Positions 1 through 12,025 of a stretch of 64,000 nucleotides of DNA are shown here, in pieces. Where the stretch lies: NCBI RefSeq assembly GCF_006345805.1, contig NC_043003.1:30628001-30692000 (forward strand). The letters run 5' to 3'. Below the pieces are notes generated by a model that searched no databases, was not told the origin of the DNA, and saw nothing but the letters and a program-made list of their open reading frames with translations. Each line of letters starts with the position of its first letter. The stretch's first letter is position 1. Both the position numbers and the translations under genes were made by a program. The stretch is from Octopus sinensis. Taxonomy: Eukaryota.

Positions 1-183
1 CTATCAATACACTGACTACACTATCAGTCTCTCTTTCTGGATACACTGATTAAATGTAGCAACAACACATTCACTGCTAGATGAATAAACATAATTCTAG
101 TTTTCACTTAGACAATGGATATTGATATACATCAAAGTAATATAAAAATATATAGCTATATTATAATTACTTTGCGTTACAAA

Positions 184-2466
184 TCTCTTATGATAAAAGG
201 CAGATTTTCTCTGCCTCCCAAACCGTTCGTTTTTTATACAATTCTACAATATAGAATTTCTTCAATTGGAATTTACCTATCATTTTTACAAGTAGATTCC
301 ATCGGGTCGTGGCATGTAAAGTTTTTTCAATTTCACCCCCAATTAAGCAAAAATTTGAGAAAAGTAAATATTTTACGATTTCCCTCTTTCATTTCAAGTG
401 CTTCACTCCTACCATTACACTTTCTCCTCGCAAGTGTGCAACAATTAAAGTGAAAGTATTTATATAAAAGGAATGAGCAATTAATACTGGTCATCCTTTT
501 TGCTAGAAGAAGATCCGCTGTGGTCTTATATGCTACACCACTGGTTTTCAATTCATATTAATCAAATTAATATTCAATTTTTCACCCTTATTATGTGTGT
601 GTGTATTAGCAATTCGTATAAAATTGCATCAATGACTTGAACTTGAATAAGTGGTTTCACATAAATGGGGATACATTTAAAAGGTTTGTTGTTGTTATTA
701 TTACTGTTTGACTATTGTAATCACGTTTGTTGGTTCCTTGTCAGGGAAACGTTGTTGTGTTGCATTTGTTGAATAATTGTAAATGGTAACCCCCCCCCTT
801 TCAGAGAAGGGGCTTTGGTTATTGTTTTAAAATTGAATTGTGTCCCTGTTTGGGGAAATTGACAATATTTTCACTGTCTTTACGGAAGCATTTTTGTTAA
901 AATGCCTTCGATAGAAGAAAGTCCAAAAATGAATTTCGCTGCAGCCGTACACTTCTATACAAGAGGGAGGACAAGATCCAATTGATCGAAATTGCAAGAG
1001 ACGGGCCTACAATTCCAGTCTGTTATATATTTTGAGTATTGTTATCACTAGCGATATCAAGATATAACTTTGTATTTTGTATTTTATGTGTAGATGTATA
1101 TATATATATATATATATATATAGATGTACATGTAATATGTACACATATATACATGCATAATATATCTACTCATACACACACACACACATACATAGGGGCA
1201 GGTGTGGCTGTGTGGTAACAAACTACGTTCGAAGATACTGTACTTGATATGGGTGGTAGTGCCTTGCCGGTCTATGGCCTACCTTCAACAAACTGGGAAG
1301 GCACAAACACTCTGTCTTCACATTTGCTGCGTGAGATATGTTTTAATGTTGACGAGCTTGCCGAGTACATAGCCGACAATGAGCCAAAGCTCCTTCCAGA
1401 ACAGAAGTTCGCTTACAACTCCGTCTTTAATTCAGTCTGGGCCAAAGCTGGGGGGATTTTTTTCCTGGACGCTCCTGGGGGTACTGGGAAAACTTTTCTC
1501 AATAAATTAATATTGGCTGAGATTAGGCGAACACAAGGCATTGCCCTAGCTGTGGCATCATCTGGAATTGCGGCTACTTTGTTGCCAGGCGGCAGGACAG
1601 CTCACTCCACTTTCAAGCTTCCGCTTGACTTAGCGAAGACTGAGACACCAACTTGCAACATCAGTAACAGCTCCGATCAGGCAGAAGTCTTCAGACGATG
1701 CAAGCTTATCGTTTGGGATGAATGCACGATGGCCCACAGAGGTGCTCTTGAGGCACTAGATAGATCTCTCAGAGACATCAAACACTCTTCAGCTCCCATG
1801 GGAGGCATAACACTTCTTCTTTCAGGGGACTTCTGACAAACACCTCCCGTTATTCCCAAAGGGACTAGAACTGATGCAGTAAGTGCATGTCTTAAGTCAT
1901 CCACATTGTGGCCACTGGTGAAGACTCTCAAACTTCACACCAATATGCGTGCTCATATGCGACGTAATATCACATCAGCAGCATTTTCTCACACCCTCCT
2001 TGCACTTGGCGAAGGCAAAATACCAGGGGATGAAAATGGTAATATTGCCATCGATTCCATTTGTACCATTGTTAAAACGCCTTCTGATCTCAGAGATGCA
2101 GTGTTCCCAGATCTACAAGCTAATTATCAGAATATGGATTGGATTGGCCAAAGGGCTATTCTGGCCCCGAGGAATAAAACTGTTCACCATATTAATGATG
2201 AAATGCTAAAACTCATTCCTGGGGATGTCTATGTATATAAGTCTATCGATACAACTCCTGACCCAGATGACGTCATCAACTATCCAATAGAGGTACTCAA
2301 TTCCTTTGAGCCCCTCGGACTACCACCACACATTCTCAAACTTAAAGTTTATCTCCCACCGTAAACTTATATCAATATTTGCCTGAATAATCATCATAAT
2401 TCAGTGCAATCATTAACAGTACTTTCAAGCAATTCAGCCCCGAGCATTGCCGGGCAATTCTGCTAG
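184..2466 (+). mobile_element. Non-autonomous Helitron derivative (copy 1, ~2.28 kb) carrying a PIF1 helicase fragment
   Basis: 5' end A^TCTCTTATG at 184. 3' hairpin CCCGAGCATTGCCGGG (2439-2454) followed by CTAG^T (2463-2466). Inserted between A183 and T2467 with no TSD. A second copy with the same termini lies at 38427-40799. Confidence 0.92.
1249..2345 (+). pseudogene. Helitron PIF1-family helicase fragment; no Rep domain, 3'-truncated, internal stop
   Basis: Motifs FLDAPGGTGKTF (Walker A), AVASSGIAATLLPGGRTAHSTFKLP, IVWDEC (Walker B), LLSGDF*Q, ILAPRN and [12 protein letters not shown] at 1834-1836 replaces the Arg of GDFRQ and the same frame continues in ORF 1906-2364. Confidence 0.92.
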
Positions 2467-3224
2467 TAGAATGATAATTATACCAACATAGTTCTTTTCA
2501 AAAATCCTGCTTACTGTCTCTTATGTGTGTTATAAGTTATTCTTAGTAGTTTTGCCTTGTGTGTGTACAGAATGTTTATATTGTTGTTGAATGTGTTGGC
2601 TGGTTGTATTTCAGCATCTTCTAGTTGTTGAATGAACTTTGTTGATGTCCAAGATAATATTCTCAACAATACAGATCTATAGATATCACATTAAATATGT
2701 TGGATGTAACAGCAATAGTTTGACAGTTGTCTCTAGTATGTAACCTATCAGACATAAAGAGGTGACTCTCTAAATGTCATGTGTAACCAGTTGCCAAGTA
2801 TTTATAACCAGTTAAATTCAAATCTTCTGTACTAGAACAAGCAATTTTTACAACTTCCAAACTAAGTTTCAGACTACCTAACTTACAAACTACAGTCTTA
2901 CTTAAATTTTGCATAATCAAACATAGTTAATATTAGTCAAAGGATAATCAGTAACTATTCTTTATTGTTTCAGTAAATTTATTTCATTTGTGAAAGGTTT
3001 GCAGAATAAAGATCAGGAAGAATGGTGTATAATCAGAAGGCAAAAATCAAAGTACAAGAAAAGACAAAATCTCCGTGCCGTGAGGGAAATTATGCTTACT
3101 GAATATATACGAAAGGAGTTGTTAGAAATGTAGTATTGTGGCATCAGTACAAGTAAGGGATACACAAGAAATATCACTGACAACCTAGGAATACTGAAAT
3201 GTAGGCATAAGGAATGAAGTAGAG

Positions 3225-3660
3225 TGAAATGAATGTATATGTAGTAGGAATAAGAAAGGGATGGAAGAAGTTCAAGGAGCTATTACATGTTTTGATAATA
3301 AAGGATTTCCCTCTTTGTACAAAGTACAGACAGTATGATGAATGTGTAAGAATTGTAATGTATGGCAGTGAGACACAGGTTCTGAATGTAGAACTGAGGC
3401 ACATTAAAAAAATCAGCTGAGTACAATCTGTTGAATGTGTATGTTATCTTTCACGAAAGGCAGAGAACAGATGATCTGGAAAAGTGACTGAGTATTAAAG
3501 GTGTTTGGCAATGAATGCAAGAAAGACGACAACACTGATTTAAACATTGTATGTCATACCAGGATAACATCTGCTGGATAGAAAAGAGGGTTGAGCTGAT
3601 GGTAGAAGGAACTCTTGGCAAAACGAATTAGTCAGGACAGTCAGTCAAGTATGATGATAC
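3225..3660 (+). mobile_element. Decayed RTE LINE C-terminal fragment
   Basis: GWKKFKELLHVLIIKDFPLCTKYRQYDECVRIVMYGSET aligns by eye with [40 protein letters not shown] of the RTE near 63850-63970. Confidence 0.7.
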
Positions 3661-3810
3661 ATTGTAGTGTAAACCTATATCAGCATGGAAAAATAGATAT
3701 CTTATAATTTAAATAAGTGTTTTTTATTATTTCAGTCACTAGAAAGTTATAAAAGATAAGTCACTAGTTCACATTGCTGTTTTACTTAATGACCATCATA
3801 CATTAGCATT

Positions 3811-5460
3811 TTATGGTTCATTCTGATCACACTCATCTAGTTTCTCACCAGCATGGATATGTTTGTGGATAGTTAAATTATAATTCCTAGAGTATGATTT
3901 ACCACAGACATCACAGTGATATGGTTTTTCTCCTGTATGGCTGCGTTTGTGGGCAGATAAATGAGCCTTTTGAGTGAATGTTTTACTACATATATCACAA
4001 TGGTAGGGTTTCTCTGCTGTATGAATATGTTTATGAACAGATAAATTATCACTGTATGAAAATCTTTTACCACAGATATCACAGTGGTATGGTTTCTCTC
4101 CAGTATGAATACGTTTATGGAGAGATAAATTACCATTTTTAGTGAACATTTTACCACAGATATCACAGTGGTATGGTTTCTCTCCAGTATGAATACGTTT
4201 ATGGAGAGATAAATTACCATTTTTAGTGAACATTTTACCACAGATATCACAGTGGTATGGTTTCTCTCCTGTATGGATACGTTTGTGGGAGGACAAACTA
4301 CAACTTTGAGAAAATGTTTTACCACAAATATCACAGTGATATGGTTTCTCTCCTGTGTGGCTACGTATGTGGGAAGACAAACAAGCACTAACAGAAAATG
4401 TTTTACCACAAATGTTACAGTGGTGTGGTCTTTCTCCAGTGTGAATAGTTTGTTTATGGTAAAACAAACTACCCCTGTGACAGAACGCTACACCACAAAC
4501 ATCACATTGGTATGGCTTCTCTCCAGTGTGAATACGTTTGTGGACAGATAAGCTGAAATTTCTAGTGAAAGATTTACCACATATATCACAGTGATATGGT
4601 TTCTCTCCTGTATGGATACGTTTGTGGGCAGACAAACAACTACTTTGAGAGAATGTTTTACCACAGATATCACAGTGGTATGGTTTCTTTCCTGTGTGAA
4701 TAGGTTTATGGTAAATTAAACTGCCTCTGTCAGAAAATGATTTACCACAGACATCACAATGGTATGGTTTCTCTCCTGTATGAGTGCGTTTGTGAATAGA
4801 TAAAGTTACATTTTTAGAGAATCCTTGACCACAAATATCACAGAGGTATGGTTTTTCTCCTGTGTGGGTACGTTTGTGGTAAGACAAGGTACCACTTTGT
4901 GAAAATCTTTTCCCACAGATATCACAGTGGTATGGTTTCTCTCCTGTGTGGATGTAGTTGTGAGAAGACAAACTACCACTGTGTGAAAATTTTTTACCAC
5001 AAACATAACAGTGGTATGATTTTACTCCTGTATGGATACGTTTATGGGAAAATAAACTATAACTTTGAGAAAATGTTTTATCACAGATATTACAATGATA
5101 TGGTTTCTCTCCTGTGTGCATTCGTTTGTGGGAAGATAAACCACCACTTTGAGAAAATGCTTTACCACAGATATCACAATGATATGGTTTCTCTCTTGTG
5201 TGAATATGCTTGTGGAGCAATAAAGAACTCCTTGTGGTAAATCTTTTACCACAATCTTCACAGTGAAAAAGTTTGGTGACTGAGTGACATAATTTATGTT
5301 GAATTAAATTCTTTCTAGTTGAGAATATCTTGCCATAAATATCACAAGGTTGTGATTTCTTTTTCATATTTTTCTGTGGTTGAATTGATAAATCAATATT
5401 TTCAGACTGTTTTTTCTCATTCATAACTTTCTCTTTGAATCTATCAATCAATACACACAT
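3811..5460 (-). CDS. C2H2 zinc-finger protein ZNF-A: 549 aa, 17 canonical plus 1 degenerate finger, no effector domain; the true start may be the second Met (5424)
   Basis: Uninterrupted ORF of tandem C-x2-C-x12-H-x3/4-H units with TGEKPY linkers. The first finger has C>Y (CDIYGK). Confidence 0.93.
   Translation of the reverse strand: MCVLIDRFKEKVMNEKKQSENIDLSIQPQKNMKKKSQPCDIYGKIFSTRKNLIQHKLCHSVTKLFHCEDCGKRFTTRSSLLLHKHIHTREKPYHCDICGKAFSQSGGLSSHKRMHTGEKPYHCNICDKTFSQSYSLFSHKRIHTGVKSYHCYVCGKKFSHSGSLSSHNYIHTGEKPYHCDICGKRFSQSGTLSYHKRTHTGEKPYLCDICGQGFSKNVTLSIHKRTHTGEKPYHCDVCGKSFSDRGSLIYHKPIHTGKKPYHCDICGKTFSQSSCLSAHKRIHTGEKPYHCDICGKSFTRNFSLSVHKRIHTGEKPYQCDVCGVAFCHRGSLFYHKQTIHTGERPHHCNICGKTFSVSACLSSHIRSHTGEKPYHCDICGKTFSQSCSLSSHKRIHTGEKPYHCDICGKMFTKNGNLSLHKRIHTGEKPYHCDICGKMFTKNGNLSLHKRIHTGEKPYHCDICGKRFSYSDNLSVHKHIHTAEKPYHCDICSKTFTQKAHLSAHKRSHTGEKPYHCDVCGKSYSRNYNLTIHKHIHAGEKLDECDQNEP
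4065..4269. repeat. Perfect 84-bp tandem repeat (2.4 units) encoding two identical fingers
   Basis: TTTTACCACAGATATCACAGTGG recurs at 4065, 4149 and 4233. The protein shows [28 protein letters not shown] twice. Confidence 0.95.
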
Positions 5461-5799
5461 ACATATATTATATGATAATGAGAATAGGTTTAGTTAAGAA
5501 AAACCTTAAGTGATTGCTTCGATTAACAAACTGTCTTCAGATATTTATATTCTTACACATAAAATACATCAGGATAAAAAATCCCAGTTTAATCTAAATC
5601 TCTAAGTATACATTTCCAGCCAATAAAGGTATATTATTAGTAAACCATTTCAATTCCAAGGAAATATTCCAAATTCATTCAGCCAAAAGCTATAGAAACA
5701 ATTTGACATCTGATTGAAGTTCTTTTTAATCTTCAAAAGTTGATAAGTATGTTGATCATTTTCAGTGAAATATTTTTTATCTCAATGTCAACAGAAAAC

Positions 5800-5815
5800 C
5801 TGAAATAAAAAGACA
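5800..5815 (-). promoter_or_regulatory. Probable splice acceptor of the ZNF-A coding exon (exon would start at 5799)
   Basis: Minus strand reads TCTTTTTATTTCAG|G about 340 bp upstream of the ATG. ZNF-B and ZNF-C show the same arrangement. Confidence 0.6.
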
Positions 5816-6268
5816 ACATGAGAGTCAGTGAAGTGCTAACATGCAGATTATTGGAGAGAAAATACTTCACTCAAGGTATTAAAAGTTAGAATGACAAGAT
5901 ATTTTAGAGATGCAACTTAGAACACAGGGTCCTAAATAGTATCTCTCTTTTTGATCAGACTGCTATGGTTGCTTAAGATTGAGAGGAAACAGAGGATTAC
6001 TTGCTTAACATGCCGTTTAGGAGTTTCCATAGCAAAACCATATTCAACACCGTATTCATGAATTTGTTTCTGTCACATGATACATGGGATCTTTTTAAAA
6101 ACCTTTTTCTATTAATCAAACAAAAAATAAATAATCTAAAAAATTTTTTACCTTAGGCATTCTTTCGATATAGATATTTTATCTGTCATTCCTTCCCAGC
6201 AAGTTTGATGGCGTATTCGGTATAATCCGTAAAAAGACTTTATGTATTTATTTTTGTTTTGATATACC

Positions 6269-6491
6269 TATTTCTTTATTACCCACAAGGGGCTAAACAC
6301 AGAGGGGACAAAAAAGGACAGACAGGTATTAAGTCGATTACATCGACCCCAGTGCGTAACTGGTACTTAATTTATCGACCCCGAAAGGATGAAAGGCAAA
6401 GTCGACCTCGGCGGAATTTGAACTCACAACGTAACGGCAGACGAAATACCGCTAAGCATTTCGCCCGGCGTGCTAACGTTTCTGCCAGCTC
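6269..6491 (-). mobile_element. tRNA-derived SINE (octopus-type), inserted in the left foldback arm
   Basis: Minus strand has a GAGCTGGCAGAAACGTTAGC head, a B-box-like GAGTTCAAATTCC and an AATAAAGAAATA tail. Homologous to 12026-12258 and 48458-48580. Confidence 0.85.
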
Positions 6492-7013
6492 TACACGCTT
6501 TGCTGTTCAAGATCGGCTTTCATTCTCTTGACAGCTCCTGTCACCTACACGAACAGTTATCCATAAATCTGTTTTATGCTAAATATTTTTTTACTGTTGC
6601 TATACTTAATTTTTATGTAATTGTTTTTACGAATCGTATGTTATTTTTAGATATATTTTTGTAATATTTTGTCTTGTTTCTTGAACCTTTCATACATACA
6701 TACATGGTTTCTAGAAACACACACAGACACATTAAATGAATAGTAAAGGATTGAACCCCAGACGCTGTGTGCGTGTATGTATTTCAAAGGCACAGCCTTG
6801 TCATACAATGTGTCACGCTGATACTGTCTGAGAATTACATTAACGGTATGTGTTTGTGGAATATTCAGCCACTTACACGTTAATTTCATTGAGTAGGTAA
6901 TTCATTTGATCAAACCACTGAATGCTCATCGTCGAAACCGATGGAGAAACCATCATATATGTATGAAAGATTCAAGTAACAAGACAAAAAAATTACAAAA
7001 ATATATCTAAAAA

Positions 7014-7457
7014 AGAATCTTTTCGGGTTGACCGGTAGTTTTTAACATAATTTCTAGGTAACTAAAAAAATTTAAACTTCGTATACTGGTAGAATGTGTT
7101 TATAAAACATTTTTTTCTCTTGGCTTTATTGAGAAAATTCTATGGTTTGTAAGATATTTGGTCTTTAATTTCTTCAATTTCAACCAATCACTGGCGTCTA
7201 TTGAGTTAAAAAGCATTCTGTGCCGTATGAATATGTCCCTCGTTTAAGAAACACATTGGGTTTATTTACATTTGTGAAGAAAAAAGATACCCTTCCCCCA
7301 ACCCTAACCCTAAATCTAAAATAGATTGAAATGCAATAGATCGATTCTAGGGTCATAATTATGGGTGACAATTTCATATGACACCGCTAGAAAAAACTGC
7401 CGTTTTAGTTACCTAGAAATTATGTTAAAAACTGCCGTTCAAACCAAAAAGATCCCT
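7014..7457. mobile_element. MITE, ~440 bp, with ~51-bp TIRs, inserted in the right foldback arm
   Basis: 7017-7067 versus the reverse complement of 7403-7453 shows 4 mismatches in 51 bp. The host arm resumes in an A-run on both sides. Confidence 0.85.
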
Positions 7458-8302
7458 AAAAAATAACATACGATTCGTAAAAACAATTACATAGAAATTA
7501 AGTATAGCAATAGTAAAAAAATACATAAGCATAAAACAGATTTATGTATGTCTGTGTATGAATGACTATGTTTGTGTGTGACTGTATGTGTATGAGCGTG
7601 TAGGTGACAGGAACTGTCAAGAGACTTGAACAAGCGTGTGGTATATCAAAACAAAAATAAATACATAAAGTCTTTTTACGGATTATACCAAATACGCCAT
7701 CAAAACTGCAGGGAAGGAATGCCAGATAAAATATCTATATCGAAGGAATGAAAATTTTATTTTCAAACTTTTTTCCATTACGCTCAAACAAAGAATTATT
7801 TAAGAATTTCTTTCTCTCCGAAAGACCTCTCCCCACCCCGTCGGAAAGTTTCACCACAAATTTCTTTAGAATCGGTTCGTTGGTGTAAATTTTTGTTCTC
7901 ATATTCGTTTAATAGCATATTTTGGCACCTATTACACTTCTTTTATTTTTTTTTTGTTTTGTTTTGGTGGCCGGATGTTAAAGCAAACGTTGACCGATTT
8001 TTGTACAAAAGTAATGTGTAAATTATATATGAACGGTACTTATACAACTAATGTACTTACTTGTAAAATGAAATAATGTTGGGAGACTTGAAATTGATGA
8101 GAGCATTGATACATTGAACAGAACTTTGAACTACTTCTTACAGGATATCTCTATTCTGCTTAATGAACAATCTCTTAAGTTAATTACTTATTATTAACAC
8201 TGTGAATAAATGTAAACAAAGAAATAGTTTATCTACAATGTTTATAGATTTAGAGCAGTGTGAGGTTCACATATTGGAACTGTCAGTGCTTGTGTGCGAA
8301 GA

Positions 8303-8360
8303 ACTTACCTCTAATCAATAGAGAGCGCAGCACTGTTTGTTTCTGCGGAAAAACTTTATA
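8303..8360 (-). promoter_or_regulatory. Candidate non-coding first exon and splice donor of ZNF-A
   Basis: Perfect AG|GTAAGT donor (intron would start at 8308). Alternative donors exist at 8060 and 6151, so the assignment is uncertain. Confidence 0.3.
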
Positions 8361-8859
8361 AATGTTCACTACCTTATAACACCTATTAATCAGCTAAGCA
8401 AATGACCTTCTCTAAGTGCATTAAAAAAGCTATAACATATTCAGAACACACTATTTCAGAAAATTATCTGTTTTCTTTAAGCACATAAAAGACAATTTTA
8501 TCTGGGGCAAAATGAGGAAGACAAAATAATGTAAATTTGCCTCTTCAGAATTACATTTATATATAAAAAAAAAAAGTCATACGCTTCAATATCCGGATCT
8601 TTCTTGTTTGACTTTCACTTTTACTAAATTCCTTTAATTTTGTTCCACTTGATTTCAAATCTTGTGCATTGATGTAGTTTTGTATGCTAATTACGTCAAT
8701 ATACCGAATTTTCACTTAGTTTTAAAACTTGAAAAGGTGAAAGCCAAACAGAAAAGGTCCCAACATCCATCCTTAGACATCAGAAATGCAACAAAAAATT
8801 TAAATATCTAGAGCAAAGGAAAGATGATCATGGAAAAATGGCACGTGGTATGAAATTAA

Positions 8860-10050
8860 TGGATCTCCACTAAATCTAAAAACTCAATATAAAATATTCC
8901 CTGTAGCTTCTTCACGATCTGTTGGAGTGGCTAGTTGACCATGGTGAGGAAAAATAGTAAAAGAATAGCGGATCAGGTTAATGGATATAAATTCAGGTTC
9001 CAATAGGTATCTAATTTATTGATAGAGTATCAAGCTCAGTAAATTAATGGTATACATTTAAATAATAATAATATTTAGGAGTTAGAAAGTAGGAGGAGAA
9101 CATGTCGACGTTCTCATTTAAAGATTATTTACTATAAAGAAAAATATTTAATAATTTGATGTGTGTAACTGGTAGAATAAATATTTATGAGGATATTAGA
9201 ATACAAAGGAACTGTTTAGTATGTGCACCAGGTTTTAAATGAATACAAGGTTTGTAGATATAAATTCTAGATCTAATAGATACTATATTAGATTAAAAGG
9301 GTAGCATATTTTGTAAATTATTAATGGTGGATGTTAGATCAAAAAAATGTTAGTGATTTTAGAAAGAATTAATAGGAAATTCATTATTAAATTTGTGTAG
9401 AATATATAAACTAACTAAATCTGTGGCCCCAGCTGAATTGGAAGAGCCCATTGCCACATCAAAGCATTCGGGTGTATCCTTGCATGCCAATAGTTTGTTA
9501 TGGAACTTAATTACTGATTTACTGGTTGTTAGTATGACTTGGACTTCATTCATAGTCAATTCTGAATTGTTTTTAGCAAATTAAAGCACTATTTAGGGCA
9601 GTGGGATTGGTTGATGAATAATACTTGTTAACATCTATCTGCAGGAATCTGTACTTATTTTTATTCTGAATTTTTTTTTAACTAATCTATTGCTTCTTGG
9701 GTATTAGACCATAATTTAAGTTTAATTTTGTTCTTGATTTTATCTATGTAGTCATTCATGTTACTTTTATTCAGTTTACTTATATCAAACTGAGTGGTGC
9801 ATGGTCTAACTTTAGGGTTTGTTTGGAAATTGTCCTTATGGTCCTTTAAAGATATTCTAGGCCTTAGAGGAAAAAAGGTTTGGTTTTATCTTCAATAGCA
9901 TATTTTGGCTTCAAGATTTGTAGCTCTTAAAGTGTTACTGGTGACTACCTTGTATTTTTTGGTGATTTCATTTGTAAGCAGTTTATGGTATAGATCAATG
10001 TTTAAGTCGTATAAGATATGGGACAAAGTACTGAAGGACTACCTCAAGAC
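8860..10050 (-). mobile_element. Decayed Penelope-like element (PLE) RT region
   Basis: Minus-strand peptides LYHKLLTNEITKKY, KDHKDNFQTNPKV, CFDVAMGSSNSAGATDLVSLYIL (cf. PLE FDVTMGSxDGAExCELVGLYIL) and a degenerate NHPxxIVKKL. Many stops and frameshifts. Confidence 0.75.
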
Positions 10051-10174
10051 ACTGAACCGTTCAGACGAGATAAAAAATGACCGAGATACCTGGCACCTTG
10101 CTGTACTCAAAGATCCGTACTCCACAACAGAAATATTCAGGCTGTACCCCTGGTGAAGAGAACTGGCCTGCAAG

Positions 10175-10568
10175 AGTCCTGTGCCAGTGCCATGTAAAAA
10201 GTACCCGTGCTGGTACCATGTAAAAGCATGCTGGACATTCTGTAAAGTGGTTGGTTTTAGAAAGGGGATCTAGCTGTAGAAACCATGCTAAATTAGACTG
10301 GAGCCACTAGCATAGCTAGAGTGTATGCCGCTCAGGGCGGCCCTTCCTTTTGCTGACCCTGGACCCCACACAAAAACACATTTTCTACAGTCAACCTAAA
10401 AGTACCACCCCTTTGAAAGTATTGCCCGGGGGACCACCCCTACTAGCTATGCTAGTGACTGGAGCCTAGTGCAGCTCTCCAGCCTGCCAGATCTGGTGAA
10501 ATCATCCAACCTATGACAGCATGGAAAACGGACATTAAAGTACATCTTTAATAATGATGATGATGATA
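10175..10568 (+). mobile_element. RTE LINE 3'-UTR fragment with (GAT)n tail
   Basis: Matches the RTE 3' ends at 60520-61022 and 25715-26580. Ends GGACATTAAAG...ATGATGATGATGAT. Confidence 0.8.
10305..10457. mobile_element. 153-bp hAT-type MITE
   Basis: Perfect 15-bp TIR CACTAGCATAGCTAG / CTAGCTATGCTAGTG. 8-bp TSD ACTGGAGC at 10297-10304 and 10458-10465. Confidence 0.9.
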
Positions 10569-12025
10569 TATCCGCAATATGTTTCCAGAATGTGTAGATG
10601 TACTTTTATGCTTGCCATCTTATATACACAAGAGATAATTTTCCTTGGAAAAAAAAATGCATCTTTGTTCGCAAAGATAAATTCTTGTGACAAACTCTTT
10701 TATTACACCTAAAATATTTAATGGATCCTAAAAGATTAAATTTGATGATGTTTTTTTAGTACCTCTCCATTCCTTAACATTTTCATTCTGAAAGAGAACA
10801 CTTACAATCCAGAATACTGCATTTGCAAATAGAAAATACGATAGTCATTTGTATTGAATGCAGACTCAATGAAAACGAAGTAAAAAAAAGGTAAATTTAG
10901 GGAAACTTGTGTTTCGAACTTTGGAAGCTGACATAATGGAAAATGTCTTGCTAGATACAATTTTCATTGATAAATGGGTCAGTTATCAGAATCTTCTAAA
11001 ATTTCTGTGCTTCTATATGAACCAACAGAAACCTTTTTTGGTGGTGGTGTCGTAATACTCAACAATCTATATTTGTTGGTTTGTTCTACTAACATTGTTC
11101 CTTTGAACTTGATGTAATCAACTAGTCCTCTCTGCTGGCCTTGTGTCAAATTTAGAATTATCTTTCTGGACTAATTCTGTAATAGAATCAATTTAATACA
11201 ACCTACTTGCTGGAAATAAAATTATAATAGAAAAATTGCATTGGGCCCTTAACTTCTTGATGGAAATGTAGGGGATACTGTCGGACATATGGCTTGTTTT
11301 GGGAATGTTTTAGACCTGGCGAAGCCATCTATTTCTAGGTACAAACAAATTTCTTCCAGAGACACAGGCAGACAACAAGGAAAGTGAGAGAGAAAAAAGA
11401 GACTGATGCTTTATTTACCAACCTCAGAAGGACGAAAAGCAATGCTAATCCAGATGGGATTTGAACTCAAAAAGATGCTACAAAGATAAATGCACAATAA
11501 TCTATCAAACAGTCTTGTCACTTGGATACTCGCGTACTGGCAGTTTTTTTTTTTTCCAATGTGCCAGGGAGCGGTAATATTTCTTAGTAATTTTAATTTA
11601 TACAGAAACAATTTCATTCAACCACAGTAGTGGTTGAATATATTCTGAAGACTGCCATTTCATAAATCACAGCAGTTTCCAAACTTCACCACTAATTCAG
11701 TTCTCAACTAAATTGCAAAACGTTAATAATTTTAAAGAGGACACCTCAGCTACACTTTGACATAAATAGTTTGAGATTTGGTTCAGTAGAAAAAAAGTTA
11801 CATCAAAATATGTCAGACCTCAAGTGGGCAGACTCATCTTCAATTTTTTAATTTTAAATTAAAAGTATACTTTTCTTGGGCTTAAATGATAGAATCATTA
11901 GTCATATTGAACAAAATTTAGTAGAAAAACAGTTATGAGGTCAAATGTTACGAAATTTAATAGGAAGTAATGCTTAAGCAATAAGAATAAAGAATATATT
12001 TCTAAAAATGAATGTTTACATTCTC

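Larger units (their letters stand above)
6158..7750. mobile_element. Foldback (long inverted repeat) element with ~330-bp arms, each arm interrupted by a different younger insertion
   Basis: 6158-6268 is the reverse complement of 7640-7750, and 6491-6712 matches 7458-7639 plus 6945-7013. Spacer 6713-6944. Confidence 0.85.

Noticed and set aside
3873-5261. Several 60-180 aa alternative-frame and antisense ORFs overlapping ZNF-A; similar at 21506-21688 in ZNF-B
   Set aside because: Shadows of the 84-bp finger periodicity; no independent domain content.
6269-6491. tRNA-like A/B boxes here and in the other SINE heads
   Set aside because: No complete cloverleaf; these are multi-copy SINE bodies with tails, not tRNA genes.
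9905-10156. 83-aa ORF with a hydrophobic N-terminus resembling a small membrane protein
   Set aside because: Begins at a non-ATG codon and lies antisense to the Penelope remnant, running into an RTE fragment.
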